From: Bdellovibrionales bacterium
Lineage (GTDB): Bacteria; Bdellovibrionota; Bdellovibrionia; Bdellovibrionales; UBA1609
Length of the DNA stretch: 64,000 bases
Assembly: GCA_050250515.1 (NCBI GenBank)
Contig: JBFWON010000006.1
Location: forward strand, 237-64,236
Direction of reading: 5' to 3'
The position numbers were made by a program, and so were the translations under genes. Of the stretch, positions 33,801-43,293 are shown piece after piece. The notes under the pieces were generated by a model, which was given only the letters and a program-made list of their open reading frames with translations, was not told the DNA's origin and did no database searches. Position 1 is the stretch's first letter; each line of letters begins with the position of its first letter.

Positions 33801-35375
33801 CTACATGGCTGTGATTCGAAATTCTATGTCGGGATTTTCCTTTTTCAACCAATTTAGGTCCCATTCCTTTTCCAAAAGGACAACGGGACGCTCCTGGTCA
33901 TCTAGGAAGAGTTTTGCGCCACCCTGCAATGGACCCTTGGGCGGCGTGCCAGCGGCGGTCACCGGCCACCTGGCCACAGTGTACGGCAATCGATCCAAGC
34001 GCACATCGAGCTGATATTCATCATTGAGTCGAAACAGCAACACATCAAATTGAAGCTCCCCGACCACACCCACAACCGGATCTTGTTTGCCGACCAAAGG
34101 ATCAAATAATAATTGTATAGTTCCTTCCTCGGCCAACTGTTGCACACCTTTTTGCAACGTCTTTCGCTTAAGTGGATCCTTAATACTCAAGCGGCCAAAG
34201 ATCTCGGGCGAAAACCGAGGAATGGGGTCAAACTGCAAATCCTTAGACGCCACCACGGCATCACCTATTTGAAAGTATCCCGTGTCGATAATCCCGACGA
34301 TATCGCCCGCGAAGGCCTCATCTACGGTTTCCCGCTCTCGGGCTAAAAATTGGTTGGCGTACGACAGGCGAATTTCACGATCCAAACGTGGGATTCGCAC
34401 CTTCATTCCCCGCTCAAATTTTCCCGAGCACACGCGCAGGAACGCGACACGATCGCGGTGCTTGCGATCCATATTCGCCTGGATTTTAAAGACAAAACCA
34501 GAGAAGTGCTTGTCGGTGGGCTGCACATCCCCTTTGGTCGAGTGCCGTGGGCCGGGAGGGGGCGCATGCTCAGCAAAAAGATCCAAGAACAAATCCACTC
34601 CCCAGTTGTGTTTGGCACTACCAAACGTCATGGGCGAGACTTCTCCGCGCAAAAATTCTTCGGGCTCAAAATCGCCAATGGCCACGGACAAAAGCTCCAT
34701 CTCTTCTTGAAATTGGGCGTAGAGCTCGGCCCCCACACGTTGTTCAATAACAGGATCATCCGGTCCCGTGACGGGCACGACCTCCGCTTCTTCGCGACCT
34801 TTTTCATAAAGCAAGAGGCACTGACGAAGCCGATGATAGAGCCCCTTAAATCGGTCGCCGATTCCAATCGGCCAAGTGATCGGATAACACTTGATACCCA
34901 ACGTGCTCTCCACATCGTCAATCAAGGCGAGAGGTTCTTTGCCTTCCCGATCCATTTTGTTGGCGAAAGTGAAGATCGGAATTTTTCGCAGTCGACAGAC
35001 TTCATAGAGCTTTCGTGTTTGAGCCTCGACCCCTTTGGCCGCATCGATCAACATCGCCGCACAATCCGCGGCAATCAGCGTTCGATAAGTGTCTTCACCA
35101 AAGTCCTTGTGGCCAGGAGTATCGAGCAAATTCACCCGAAGGCTCTGATAGTCGAACTGCATCACACTGGACGTAATCGAGACCCCGCGCTGTTGCTCAA
35201 GCGCCATCCAATCGGAGGTGGCTTTTTTCGTTCCCGACTTGCCGTGGACCTCACCGGCCTCACGGATGACCCCACCTAACCAGAGTATCTTTTCGGTGAT
35301 CGTGGTTTTTCCCGCATCCGGATGGGATATGATTGCGAATGTTCGCCGCCTTTGGACTTCCTCTTCAAATGTCAT
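33801..35375 (-). CDS. prfC: Peptide chain release factor 3
   Basis: It has RRTFAIISHPDAGKTTITEKIL, LLDTPGHKDF and FANKMDR. Its 524-aa length fits the family. Confidence 0.95.
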   Translation of the reverse strand: MTFEEEVQRRRTFAIISHPDAGKTTITEKILWLGGVIREAGEVHGKSGTKKATSDWMALEQQRGVSITSSVMQFDYQSLRVNLLDTPGHKDFGEDTYRTLIAADCAAMLIDAAKGVEAQTRKLYEVCRLRKIPIFTFANKMDREGKEPLALIDDVESTLGIKCYPITWPIGIGDRFKGLYHRLRQCLLLYEKGREEAEVVPVTGPDDPVIEQRVGAELYAQFQEEMELLSVAIGDFEPEEFLRGEVSPMTFGSAKHNWGVDLFLDLFAEHAPPPGPRHSTKGDVQPTDKHFSGFVFKIQANMDRKHRDRVAFLRVCSGKFERGMKVRIPRLDREIRLSYANQFLARERETVDEAFAGDIVGIIDTGYFQIGDAVVASKDLQFDPIPRFSPEIFGRLSIKDPLKRKTLQKGVQQLAEEGTIQLLFDPLVGKQDPVVGVVGELQFDVLLFRLNDEYQLDVRLDRLPYTVARWPVTAAGTPPKGPLQGGAKLFLDDQERPVVLLEKEWDLNWLKKENPDIEFRITAM

Positions 35376-35446
35376 CGACCTGGGGTAGCGCCTTTGCGCC
35401 CAAAAGACAAGATGACATGTCGTGTTTAGTGGGCTAACTTGGCGCC

Positions 35447-35680
35447 GTGGCAGACAAAGATAAAAAGTTCCCCGAAAATGTGGCCGGCCGCTACTATGTC
35501 GACAAAGAGTGCATAGCTTGTGACGCTTGCGTGCTCGCAGCCCCCGATCATTTCAAAATGCATGAGGATGACGGCCACGCCTATGTTGGCAAACAGCCTG
35601 AAAACGAAGAGGAAGAATCCCGCTGTAAGGAAGCCTTGGAAGCCTGTCCGGTCGAAGCTATCGGTAACGACAACGAATAG
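35447..35680 (+). CDS. Small ferredoxin (single Fe-S cluster type)
   Basis: It has a GTG start. CIACDAC plus a distal CPVEAI forms one CxxCxxC...CP cluster motif in 77 aa. Confidence 0.8.
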   Translation: MADKDKKFPENVAGRYYVDKECIACDACVLAAPDHFKMHEDDGHAYVGKQPENEEEESRCKEALEACPVEAIGNDNE

Positions 35681-35812
35681 CACGTAGCATCATTCCGTCT
35701 CAAAATGAGATGTCGCCCCCAAGTTCGCTTGGAAAAGACCTGGTCAAAGAATTTCGGCAGTCTCGTTTCTAGGCCATCCAGGAAGGCCTCCGAGTTGCTT
35801 CTATTTTAGGCT

Positions 35813-36703
35813 ATGTCGATAAAATTAAGTCACCCCCTCTTAATGGTATCTGCAATTTTAGCCCTAATACTCTCATCCCATTCGGCTTATTCGCGATTGA
35901 CGGCTTCACCAGGCGAAGCCCAACGATTCGTGCCGCTCACAGGTTCGCCTTCGTCAAGCCTTAGCGCCGGCCTAGGCTCCGGCAAGGCGTGCGACGATGC
36001 TTCTATGCCTAAATGCATAACCTTCCGTGCGAATGGGGGGAACGAGAGTCCCACCTGCCCGGCCGCGCAAGCCATGCAGGGATATACGGTCGACGATGGC
36101 CAACCTCCAGCCGGAGCCAAACACATCTTTGCGTACACCCATGGATTCTGTGGCCCTACCGGCAAAGGACCGGTGGAGAAGAGTGAGGCCGCGTGGTGCG
36201 GCAAAGTGGCAAAGGGATGTGGCTTGAGCTATCCGAGCGCTCAGTGGCACGGAAAAGAAGGTGCAAAGTGCCTGGTCCAATACGTATCGAAGCATACCCC
36301 TGATGGCGTTCATTTCGAAATCGATAATTGCTCGGAGTACAAGGCCGGTGTTTCCCAGTGCTATGAGGATTTGATCGCCGCAATGAAAGAAGTCGGTGTG
36401 GGAAATCGACGACTCCTAATCAAAAACGTTAAGAAAGAGGAAGCCGATAAACTCAATAAAGTCTTCATCGGACCTGATTCAAAATTGGTCTCTAACTTTG
36501 TAATCGTAGAAGAAGAATTCAATAAGCAGGATGTGCAAAAAGCCTTCGGTGGTACTTGTGTTTCGGTCGCTCAAAGTCTCAAGACCCAAGATTACAAAGT
36601 TAGGGAAAATCATATATCGATCGGTGGTGCCCCCGGTGCCGTAGCCGACGCCTCTGGTGGTCGCACGCCTGCTTCGACCACTGGCTCACCCGGTGCCCGT
36701 TAG
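35813..36703 (+). CDS. Secreted Cys-rich hypothetical protein
   Basis: The signal peptide is LLMVSAILALILSSHSAYS. There are 12 Cys in the mature part. No family was recognised. Confidence 0.5.
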   Translation: MSIKLSHPLLMVSAILALILSSHSAYSRLTASPGEAQRFVPLTGSPSSSLSAGLGSGKACDDASMPKCITFRANGGNESPTCPAAQAMQGYTVDDGQPPAGAKHIFAYTHGFCGPTGKGPVEKSEAAWCGKVAKGCGLSYPSAQWHGKEGAKCLVQYVSKHTPDGVHFEIDNCSEYKAGVSQCYEDLIAAMKEVGVGNRRLLIKNVKKEEADKLNKVFIGPDSKLVSNFVIVEEEFNKQDVQKAFGGTCVSVAQSLKTQDYKVRENHISIGGAPGAVADASGGRTPASTTGSPGAR

Positions 36704-36707
36704 GACA

Positions 36708-37550
36708 CTAATTGAGCTTGTGTCCTAAACGAATCGCTCCCCGAGCGCGAGTGACTGCCGGATAGCCTTTGCCCAAAACTAAAACCACGGTGCTACCTAA
36801 ATGGAAGGCGCCGAGTTCCTCCCCACATTTCAAAGCAATGGCAGGCTCGTACTCGCGAACCGTGGGGGCATGCCACATCCAACGGTTCGTGACGATCGAG
36901 GGATCCGGGTAAATCGACATCTTGCCCACATTCGTGGCCCCCACCATCACCACAGAAAAGGGACCCTTGCTCCCCAAAAAATTAAGCACCACCCGCTCAT
37001 TCAAGCAGAAAAGACGCTGGATATTCTTCACGCTCCACTCGTTCACGGGCCATAGTTGTCCCGGAATATGCAAGGCCGACACAAGATTTCCCGTGAGCGG
37101 CGTATGGACCCGGTGATAGTCGGCCGGGCAAAGATAAAGGGTGGCAAAAGATCCGCCCTCATAGGATTTCGCCAGGGCGTGAGAGCCCAAAAATTCCTCA
37201 AGAGGGTATTCCCAGCCTTTGACTTGCAAAATTTGCCCATCCACAACCGGTCCATATTCCGTCAGGGCACCATCCACGGGGCTGACAAAATCACCCTCCA
37301 CCGGGCGAAGACCAGGCTTCAAACGCCGAGTGAATAGATCATCAAAAGACGAATACTGACCGGGCGTCTTTTCTGCTTCGCTCAGATCAATTGAAAACGC
37401 TTTGGCGAAAAGCCAATTCAACGGGATTCGTAAGGGCCAAGGCCATGGCACTCGCATCATTAAGCCCCAGGCCCGGCTCATCAACCGCTTTGGAATCCAG
37501 GGCAAAACCCAAGAGAAAAACAAATCTCCTAATGCTTTCATTGCCGACAC
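36708..37550 (-). CDS. psd: Phosphatidylserine decarboxylase proenzyme
   Basis: The self-cleavage motif FHLGSTVVLV (LGST) lies near the C-terminus, and DYHRVH is present. The start is GTG 37550 or ATG 37541. Confidence 0.9.
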   Translation of the reverse strand: MSAMKALGDLFFSWVLPWIPKRLMSRAWGLMMRVPWPWPLRIPLNWLFAKAFSIDLSEAEKTPGQYSSFDDLFTRRLKPGLRPVEGDFVSPVDGALTEYGPVVDGQILQVKGWEYPLEEFLGSHALAKSYEGGSFATLYLCPADYHRVHTPLTGNLVSALHIPGQLWPVNEWSVKNIQRLFCLNERVVLNFLGSKGPFSVVMVGATNVGKMSIYPDPSIVTNRWMWHAPTVREYEPAIALKCGEELGAFHLGSTVVLVLGKGYPAVTRARGAIRLGHKLN

Positions 37551-37576
37551 TTTAGAAGCTCGTTAAAACAGAGTCC

Positions 37577-39145
37577 ATGAGTCGCACTCTGCGCAATATT
37601 GAGTTGGGATTGGATGAGTCCCTGGAAGACTACTTGGCTTGGCAGGCCCCGGGCTATGGATCCTTCCGAGTCCTTCGCCAGAGTCTTGACGCCCGCCATG
37701 GTAAAGCACCACGGCTGATCTACAGCGTAGAGGTCTTTGGCCAAGGTGAGCCCAGTGAACGCGCGCCCCTCAAGTTCAATTCGGTGGCGTCGTACAAAGG
37801 TCCACCGGTGGTTGTCGTGGGCGCCGGGCCCGCGGGATTGTTTGCCACTTTAAGACTTCGAGAGCGCGGCATTCCGGCCATTTTGCTCGAGCAAGGGCAA
37901 GCCACGGAAAAACGGGTCCTCGCCATTGCTAAGTTCTGGCGACGGGGTGAATTGGATCCTCTTACGAACGTGGGATTCGGCGAAGGGGGGGCCGGGCTCT
38001 TTTCCGACGGAAAACTGATCACTCGGATCAAATCGGCCCACATCCCGTACGTGATGCAAAGGCTCGTTCAGTTTGGAGCACCGGCGGAAATTGAGTTTCT
38101 CTCAAATCCGCATGTGGGCTCCGACCGGATACGACGGGTGATCCCCAAAATGCGGGAGCACTTGATCGCGCTCGGGGCGAGTATTCGCTTCAACGCAAAG
38201 GTGGCCGAAATATTAATGGCGAATGCGGCCGTGCGCGGAGTTCAACTGCACGATGGAACCAAAATTCAAACGGATCGCGTGATTCTGGCCTGCGGTCATT
38301 CAGCCGAAGATATGTTTCAACACCTTTCTGATTTAGGCGTGAAACTCGAGGGAAAGCCCTTTGCCATTGGACTTCGCATTGAGCATCCACAAGAAGTTAT
38401 CAATCGAATTCAGTATCGCGAGTACGCCCAACATCCGAAATTAAGCGCCGCCAATTATAAATTGGCCTTTCACGACAAGACCGACAACACCGGTGTTTAT
38501 AGCTTTTGCATGTGTCCAGGGGGTTACGTTTTGTCGTGCACCACAGATGGACTTGGCACGGTCAGTAACGGCATGAGCAATTTCTCGCGCGGCTCCAAGT
38601 TTGCCAATTCCGCGATTGTCGTGGGTGTCGATCATGAGCGCAATTTTGGCTCGGATATTTTTGGAGGCCTGAAATTTCGACGCGAGTTAGAGGCACAAGG
38701 CCTGGAATTGGTACGAACTTCCGGCGGAACCAAAGAATTGCCGGCCCAGCGTCTCGTCGACTTTTTGGAATCGCGACCATCGAAGGAAATGGAGAGCTCT
38801 TGTCCTTCAGGCATTGTCTCGACTCGTTTGGATCAGGTGATGAGCGCCAGTTTTAAAGAACACTTTCTGGCGGGAATTAAAAAATTTGACCGTGAGATGA
38901 AGGGCTTTCTCGACCCCAGCGCGGTCTTGCACGGAATCGAAACACGAACGTCTTGTCCATTGAGAATTCCCCGTGATCCGAGTTCCCTTGAGTCCATTTC
39001 CCATGCGGGATTGTTCCCCACGGGTGAGGGCGCCGGGTACGCCGGTGGAATCACATCGGCGGCCTGCGACGGCGTGCGAGTCGCAGATGCGATCGCTGTA
39101 TCAATCGACCAAGGACTAGAACTGGAAGCACGCCCCCACCAATAA
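37577..39145 (+). CDS. FAD-dependent oxidoreductase (COG2509-type)
   Basis: It has the dinucleotide fold VVVVGAGPAGLFATLRLRERGIPAILLEQG. The C-terminal TGEGAGYAGGITSAACDG is typical of this family. Confidence 0.75.
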   Translation: MSRTLRNIELGLDESLEDYLAWQAPGYGSFRVLRQSLDARHGKAPRLIYSVEVFGQGEPSERAPLKFNSVASYKGPPVVVVGAGPAGLFATLRLRERGIPAILLEQGQATEKRVLAIAKFWRRGELDPLTNVGFGEGGAGLFSDGKLITRIKSAHIPYVMQRLVQFGAPAEIEFLSNPHVGSDRIRRVIPKMREHLIALGASIRFNAKVAEILMANAAVRGVQLHDGTKIQTDRVILACGHSAEDMFQHLSDLGVKLEGKPFAIGLRIEHPQEVINRIQYREYAQHPKLSAANYKLAFHDKTDNTGVYSFCMCPGGYVLSCTTDGLGTVSNGMSNFSRGSKFANSAIVVGVDHERNFGSDIFGGLKFRRELEAQGLELVRTSGGTKELPAQRLVDFLESRPSKEMESSCPSGIVSTRLDQVMSASFKEHFLAGIKKFDREMKGFLDPSAVLHGIETRTSCPLRIPRDPSSLESISHAGLFPTGEGAGYAGGITSAACDGVRVADAIAVSIDQGLELEARPHQ

Positions 39146-39223
39146 TGCGGCCGACTCGGACGATGGTCTAGCGCTAGCCCATAGTCCGTTCAGGCTGTCT
39201 TATATAATGCCGAAAAAAACTTG

Positions 39224-42007
39224 ATGCAGTCCCTTCCCAACGGTACCCAGCTTGGCGTTTACACGATTTTGCGCCTGATCGCACGCGGCGGTATGGGAGA
39301 GGTGTATGAAGCCTTTGAAGAAAAGCTGCAGCGCCGAGTGGCGGTCAAACTTATCTCTCCTGAAAATCCAGATGATCACGATTTTGATGAACTGCTCACC
39401 CGCTTTTGGACTGAGGCGCGAAATCTCGCACGCATCAATCATCCCAACGTAGTCACTATCTATGACATCGACACCATTGGTGAATGGCAATTCATCGCGA
39501 TGGAGTACATCGACGGAGTTTCGTTCAAAGAGTTACTGAATGTGATTACCTTTTCTCCGGACGCAGCTTTGCCGCTGTTCGAGCAGATGACCGACGGCAT
39601 TCGAAGCTTGCACGAAATTGGTATGATCCACCGAGACATCAAACCCCACAATCTGATGTTGGCCGCCGACGGTCGAGTGAAACTCTTGGATTTCGGAATT
39701 GCCAAGGGAGAAGCCAATCTCGAGCTCACCCGAGTCGGCGCGGTGATCGGGACCATACCCTACATGCCTCCTGAGTTGAGAAACGGTGGCTCCGCCTCAG
39801 TACAAAGTGATCTCTGGAGTCTCGGGGCGATCTTTTATGAATGTCTTTCTGGTGAGCGGCTGTCCGATCAGAAAAAACCATCGGACGAAACTTCCATTCA
39901 CTTTTCCAGCGAGTCCCGCAAACGAATTCCCAAAGGACTGCGCACCATTATCGCCAAACTGTGCGCTGATAAACCGGAGGAACGTTACACCAATGCGACG
40001 GAGCTTTTGTCTGACTTAGCACTTTATCGAAAAACGCGCCCGCCCCTGCCGCCCGAAGGATGGGCGGCCTTGACGACCAAAGTGCGCGAACTGCTCGATG
40101 AGAAACGTAAAGCGGATGAGAAAAAGAATCCGCCGGCTATTCCACCGCCTGTCACTCAGTCGACTCGGCCATCGATCGTTTCAAAATCGATTCGCACTTC
40201 ACGCACTTCTCCTCCGCCACCGCCTAAGCGGAAAAAATGGCTTTCGCGCCGAATGAAGAGAAGACTGCAGACGGCTGGACTTGTCGCATCGTCACTCGGC
40301 TTCATCGTTTCGGTTTGGATGATCCTTTCAAGCGGAGGCCCACGACCCTTGCCACCTCCACCAGCACCGACACCGATCACTGTTGTTCCGCCGACACAGA
40401 CGACTCCAACCTCAGCCGTTCCGACGGCAATACCGTCCGAGCCCATTCCGACACCTGTTCATCGTCCGCCACCGCAAAAGACTTTGCCAGTCTCAATCGT
40501 CGAACCGAGCCTGGGTCAAAAATTATGGCTAGAGCCAGGGCGTATTCCCACTCTTTCTTGGTCGCGTGCTTTGAATGCGGATGAGTACGAAATTCAAATT
40601 GCAACGGACGCGGCATTTACCAAAGTTATCATTCAAGAGGCCGTCGCCGGTACAAGATTTCGCCCTGAAAGAGTTTTGGAAGAGGGAACATTTTACTGGC
40701 GCCTCTTACCGCGCGCTAAAACTTCGCCTCTAGTAGAGCCTGGATACTTTAGCGTTATATCGCTGGCTCCAGTGGAATTGACCGAGCCCGAATCCGGCTT
40801 TCGTGAAGAAGTGAAAAATGAGTCTTCCCACACGTCGATTCAGCTCTCTTGGCAATGCAAACCGGGCCAGTCGCTTTATCGCGCACAGGTCAGTCGGGAC
40901 ACTGAGTTTAATAATCTCGTTTACAACACCACCATCAAAGGCTGTGCAGCACGAATCCCCCGAGTCGGTGTGGGCAACTACTGGTGGCGCGTGAGAATCG
41001 AAGGGGCGCCCGAATCGCAAGAACTCTGGAGCGACTATGGAGATTTTGTCGTTGAGGCCAAGCCTCCACCCAATCGACCAGTGAAACAGGTGGCCTTAGG
41101 TAAACCTGTGGCATCTAAAGCCGATCAAACCATCATATTGCAATTTCAAAAGACGCCTCGTAACGTCGCCTCGCTGCCCCAGACGGTGGCCGTGGTGCCG
41201 AAATTGAAGTGGACCGGTGTTCCAGGGGCCACCCACTACTTGGTGCAGATTTCTAGGACGGCCAACTTCAAAAAACCGATCGCCGACCTGCGGGCGACGA
41301 CAAATTCGATTGATTGGAGCGATGTTCGCCCAGGCCACTTCTATTGGCGAGTGGCCGCGGATTCGCGCAAAGCCAAGCAAGGTCCGTTCTCCGAAAAGGC
41401 GAAGTTGACCGTTTACCTTCCTCCACCCGTGCTAGATGGAGCCTACAAATACGTGATCGATCCGAAGCAAAATCTATCTTCCCTGCAGCTGGAATGGCAG
41501 TCCACGCCTTTGGCTGAAAAGTACATTGTACAAATGAGCCCCAGGCGCGATATGGCTTCGGCGCAGACTCGGGTAACATCGTTGCCCAAGATGTCTCTCA
41601 CCGACGCTCCCAAAAAGTTCTTCGTCAAAGTGGCCGCCGCCGATGCCAGTGGTGAAACCATAAGCCCCTATTCCAGCGTGGCCCCGGTGGAAATTGAGAC
41701 CTCATTCCCGCTAGAGGCTCCCCGAATTGTTTCCCCCACCAAAGGGGCTCGCGCCCCACTAAGAGGTGGGAAGCTTTCAGTGATTTTCAGTTGGGCCCCT
41801 ACCTCCGGCGCTCAAGCCTATCAGGTCGAGTTGGCCACCGACGAGCAGTTTAAAAACACGCTCAAAAAGCACGTGACCCGAGAAGTGACCTTCATTCTCA
41901 AAGGAGCCGAGCTCAAGGGTCGAATTTTCTGGCGCATTCGCGCGAAAGGCCAAGCTGGCCTCTCCGATTGGAGCCCCGTCAGCTACTTTGACCTCATCGG
42001 GGAATAA
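39224..42007 (+). CDS. Transmembrane Ser/Thr protein kinase with five extracytoplasmic FN3/Ig-like 'YWR' repeats
   Basis: Kinase motifs GGMGEVY, VAVKL, HRDIKPHNLML, DFGIAK and PYMPPE are present. A Pro-rich linker, one TM (GLVASSLGFIVSVWMILS) and a ~95-aa repeat containing FYWRL / YWWRV / FYWRV / FFVKV / IFWRI follow. Confidence 0.88.
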   Translation: MQSLPNGTQLGVYTILRLIARGGMGEVYEAFEEKLQRRVAVKLISPENPDDHDFDELLTRFWTEARNLARINHPNVVTIYDIDTIGEWQFIAMEYIDGVSFKELLNVITFSPDAALPLFEQMTDGIRSLHEIGMIHRDIKPHNLMLAADGRVKLLDFGIAKGEANLELTRVGAVIGTIPYMPPELRNGGSASVQSDLWSLGAIFYECLSGERLSDQKKPSDETSIHFSSESRKRIPKGLRTIIAKLCADKPEERYTNATELLSDLALYRKTRPPLPPEGWAALTTKVRELLDEKRKADEKKNPPAIPPPVTQSTRPSIVSKSIRTSRTSPPPPPKRKKWLSRRMKRRLQTAGLVASSLGFIVSVWMILSSGGPRPLPPPPAPTPITVVPPTQTTPTSAVPTAIPSEPIPTPVHRPPPQKTLPVSIVEPSLGQKLWLEPGRIPTLSWSRALNADEYEIQIATDAAFTKVIIQEAVAGTRFRPERVLEEGTFYWRLLPRAKTSPLVEPGYFSVISLAPVELTEPESGFREEVKNESSHTSIQLSWQCKPGQSLYRAQVSRDTEFNNLVYNTTIKGCAARIPRVGVGNYWWRVRIEGAPESQELWSDYGDFVVEAKPPPNRPVKQVALGKPVASKADQTIILQFQKTPRNVASLPQTVAVVPKLKWTGVPGATHYLVQISRTANFKKPIADLRATTNSIDWSDVRPGHFYWRVAADSRKAKQGPFSEKAKLTVYLPPPVLDGAYKYVIDPKQNLSSLQLEWQSTPLAEKYIVQMSPRRDMASAQTRVTSLPKMSLTDAPKKFFVKVAAADASGETISPYSSVAPVEIETSFPLEAPRIVSPTKGARAPLRGGKLSVIFSWAPTSGAQAYQVELATDEQFKNTLKKHVTREVTFILKGAELKGRIFWRIRAKGQAGLSDWSPVSYFDLIGE

Positions 42008-42089
42008 TCACACCTCCGCAGAAATCCTTGTGTCTTTGAGTAAAATCCCTTTCACTAGTCGGTGACCACCAATCATCCTAGGGGGACGT

Positions 42090-42539
42090 GTGAATTTGGC
42101 CACTCTGATCTCGGTCGCTCTTATTCTGTCACAATCGATATCGCAAGCCGAGACCATCTATTGCCCAAAAGTAGAAGTGACAGACATTTCTTTGGGTGAG
42201 TGGCTTAACGGTGTCCACGCCGACATTGATGTGGGCAACTTCTACGGCATTTATGGACAGGGAGATTTTGGCCTTGAGCTCTCAAGCGACAGGATTTCTG
42301 CCATCGTAGCTCCGCTACAATTCGATCGCCAGACGGAGTGCGCACAAACCACGAAGAACACTCAACCCGGGGTGACCAAACACGTTTTCCATTGCCAACG
42401 TGAGATCGGCGGCCAAAAGGTAGGCTTCTTTTCAGCCCTGAGTTACAACCGCTTAGAATCCACGGGATTCTACCTGGGTGAGATCACAGATGCCACGGGT
42501 ACAAAATCCTTTCGCTTTGATTTTTCCAACTGCTACTAG
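42090..42539 (+). CDS. Small secreted hypothetical protein
   Basis: It has a GTG start with GGGGGA upstream. The signal peptide is NLATLISVALILSQSISQA. Confidence 0.5.
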   Translation: MNLATLISVALILSQSISQAETIYCPKVEVTDISLGEWLNGVHADIDVGNFYGIYGQGDFGLELSSDRISAIVAPLQFDRQTECAQTTKNTQPGVTKHVFHCQREIGGQKVGFFSALSYNRLESTGFYLGEITDATGTKSFRFDFSNCY

Positions 42540-42629
42540 TTGCAAAACCGGTGTGCAGCCGGGAAATTTTGACAAGCTTCCGTCAAAAAACCTTCCTTAA
42601 CCACGGCGGACCAGCTATCAACCCACCCT

Positions 42630-43293
42630 GTGCTCAAACTGTTACTGCTCTCCCAGCTCTTATGGGCCGAGACTCCCCTTTTGATCTCACCGTCGCAGGT
42701 GAACCCCAAAATGACCCAAGTCAGGGGACCTCACCTCGCTTGGGAGCCTCAAGCTAAGGCCAACGAACCAAGACTCCTCATCACCTTAGGTGGAACCAAC
42801 AGCCGCCCGTCTGATTTGATGGATCTGCAGAACGTGGCCAGCCAAATGGGCTATCACGTGATCGGCGTCGATTATCCGAATCAGGTGATTACCACCCGAT
42901 GCCGCAACAGCAATGACCCACTCTGCTTTGACAAATTTCGCTCAGAGATCAATCTAGGCGTTTCTTCCAGTCCCTTAGTCGAAGTGAATTCTGACAGCTG
43001 CATCGTGCGGCGGACGTTGGCTCTCGCAGCCTGGAGTCACGAAAAACCATCGATTTTTTGGACTCTTGCACGCACGCGACGGTTTTGGAACCGAATTTCA
43101 AGTCAGGGGGATTCGGCAATTGATTCACGACCGGAATGCCACCGCGTTAACGATTGGGGATGAAGTTCCCCAGACCACCCATGCTCAAATTTTCATCTCA
43201 GATTTAGCTGTGAAAGATCCCCACATGGCCCCTATCTCAACGGTCTACAGAAGAGTCTGGCGCTGGCTGCTCAATACTGAAAAGCTTCGCTAA
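42630..43293 (+). pseudogene. Possibly frameshifted or degraded alpha/beta-hydrolase-like gene
   Basis: Frame 0 (42630-43163) has a signal plus RLLITLGGT...GYHVIGVDYP, then stops. An overlapping +1 frame is open from 42988 to 43293 and carries a plausible C-terminus (…DPHMAP…VWRWLL). The combined length is short for the fold. Confidence 0.3.

Noticed and set aside
34350-35279. 309-aa plus-strand ORF
   Set aside because: It is antisense to prfC, whose GTPase motifs are unambiguous.
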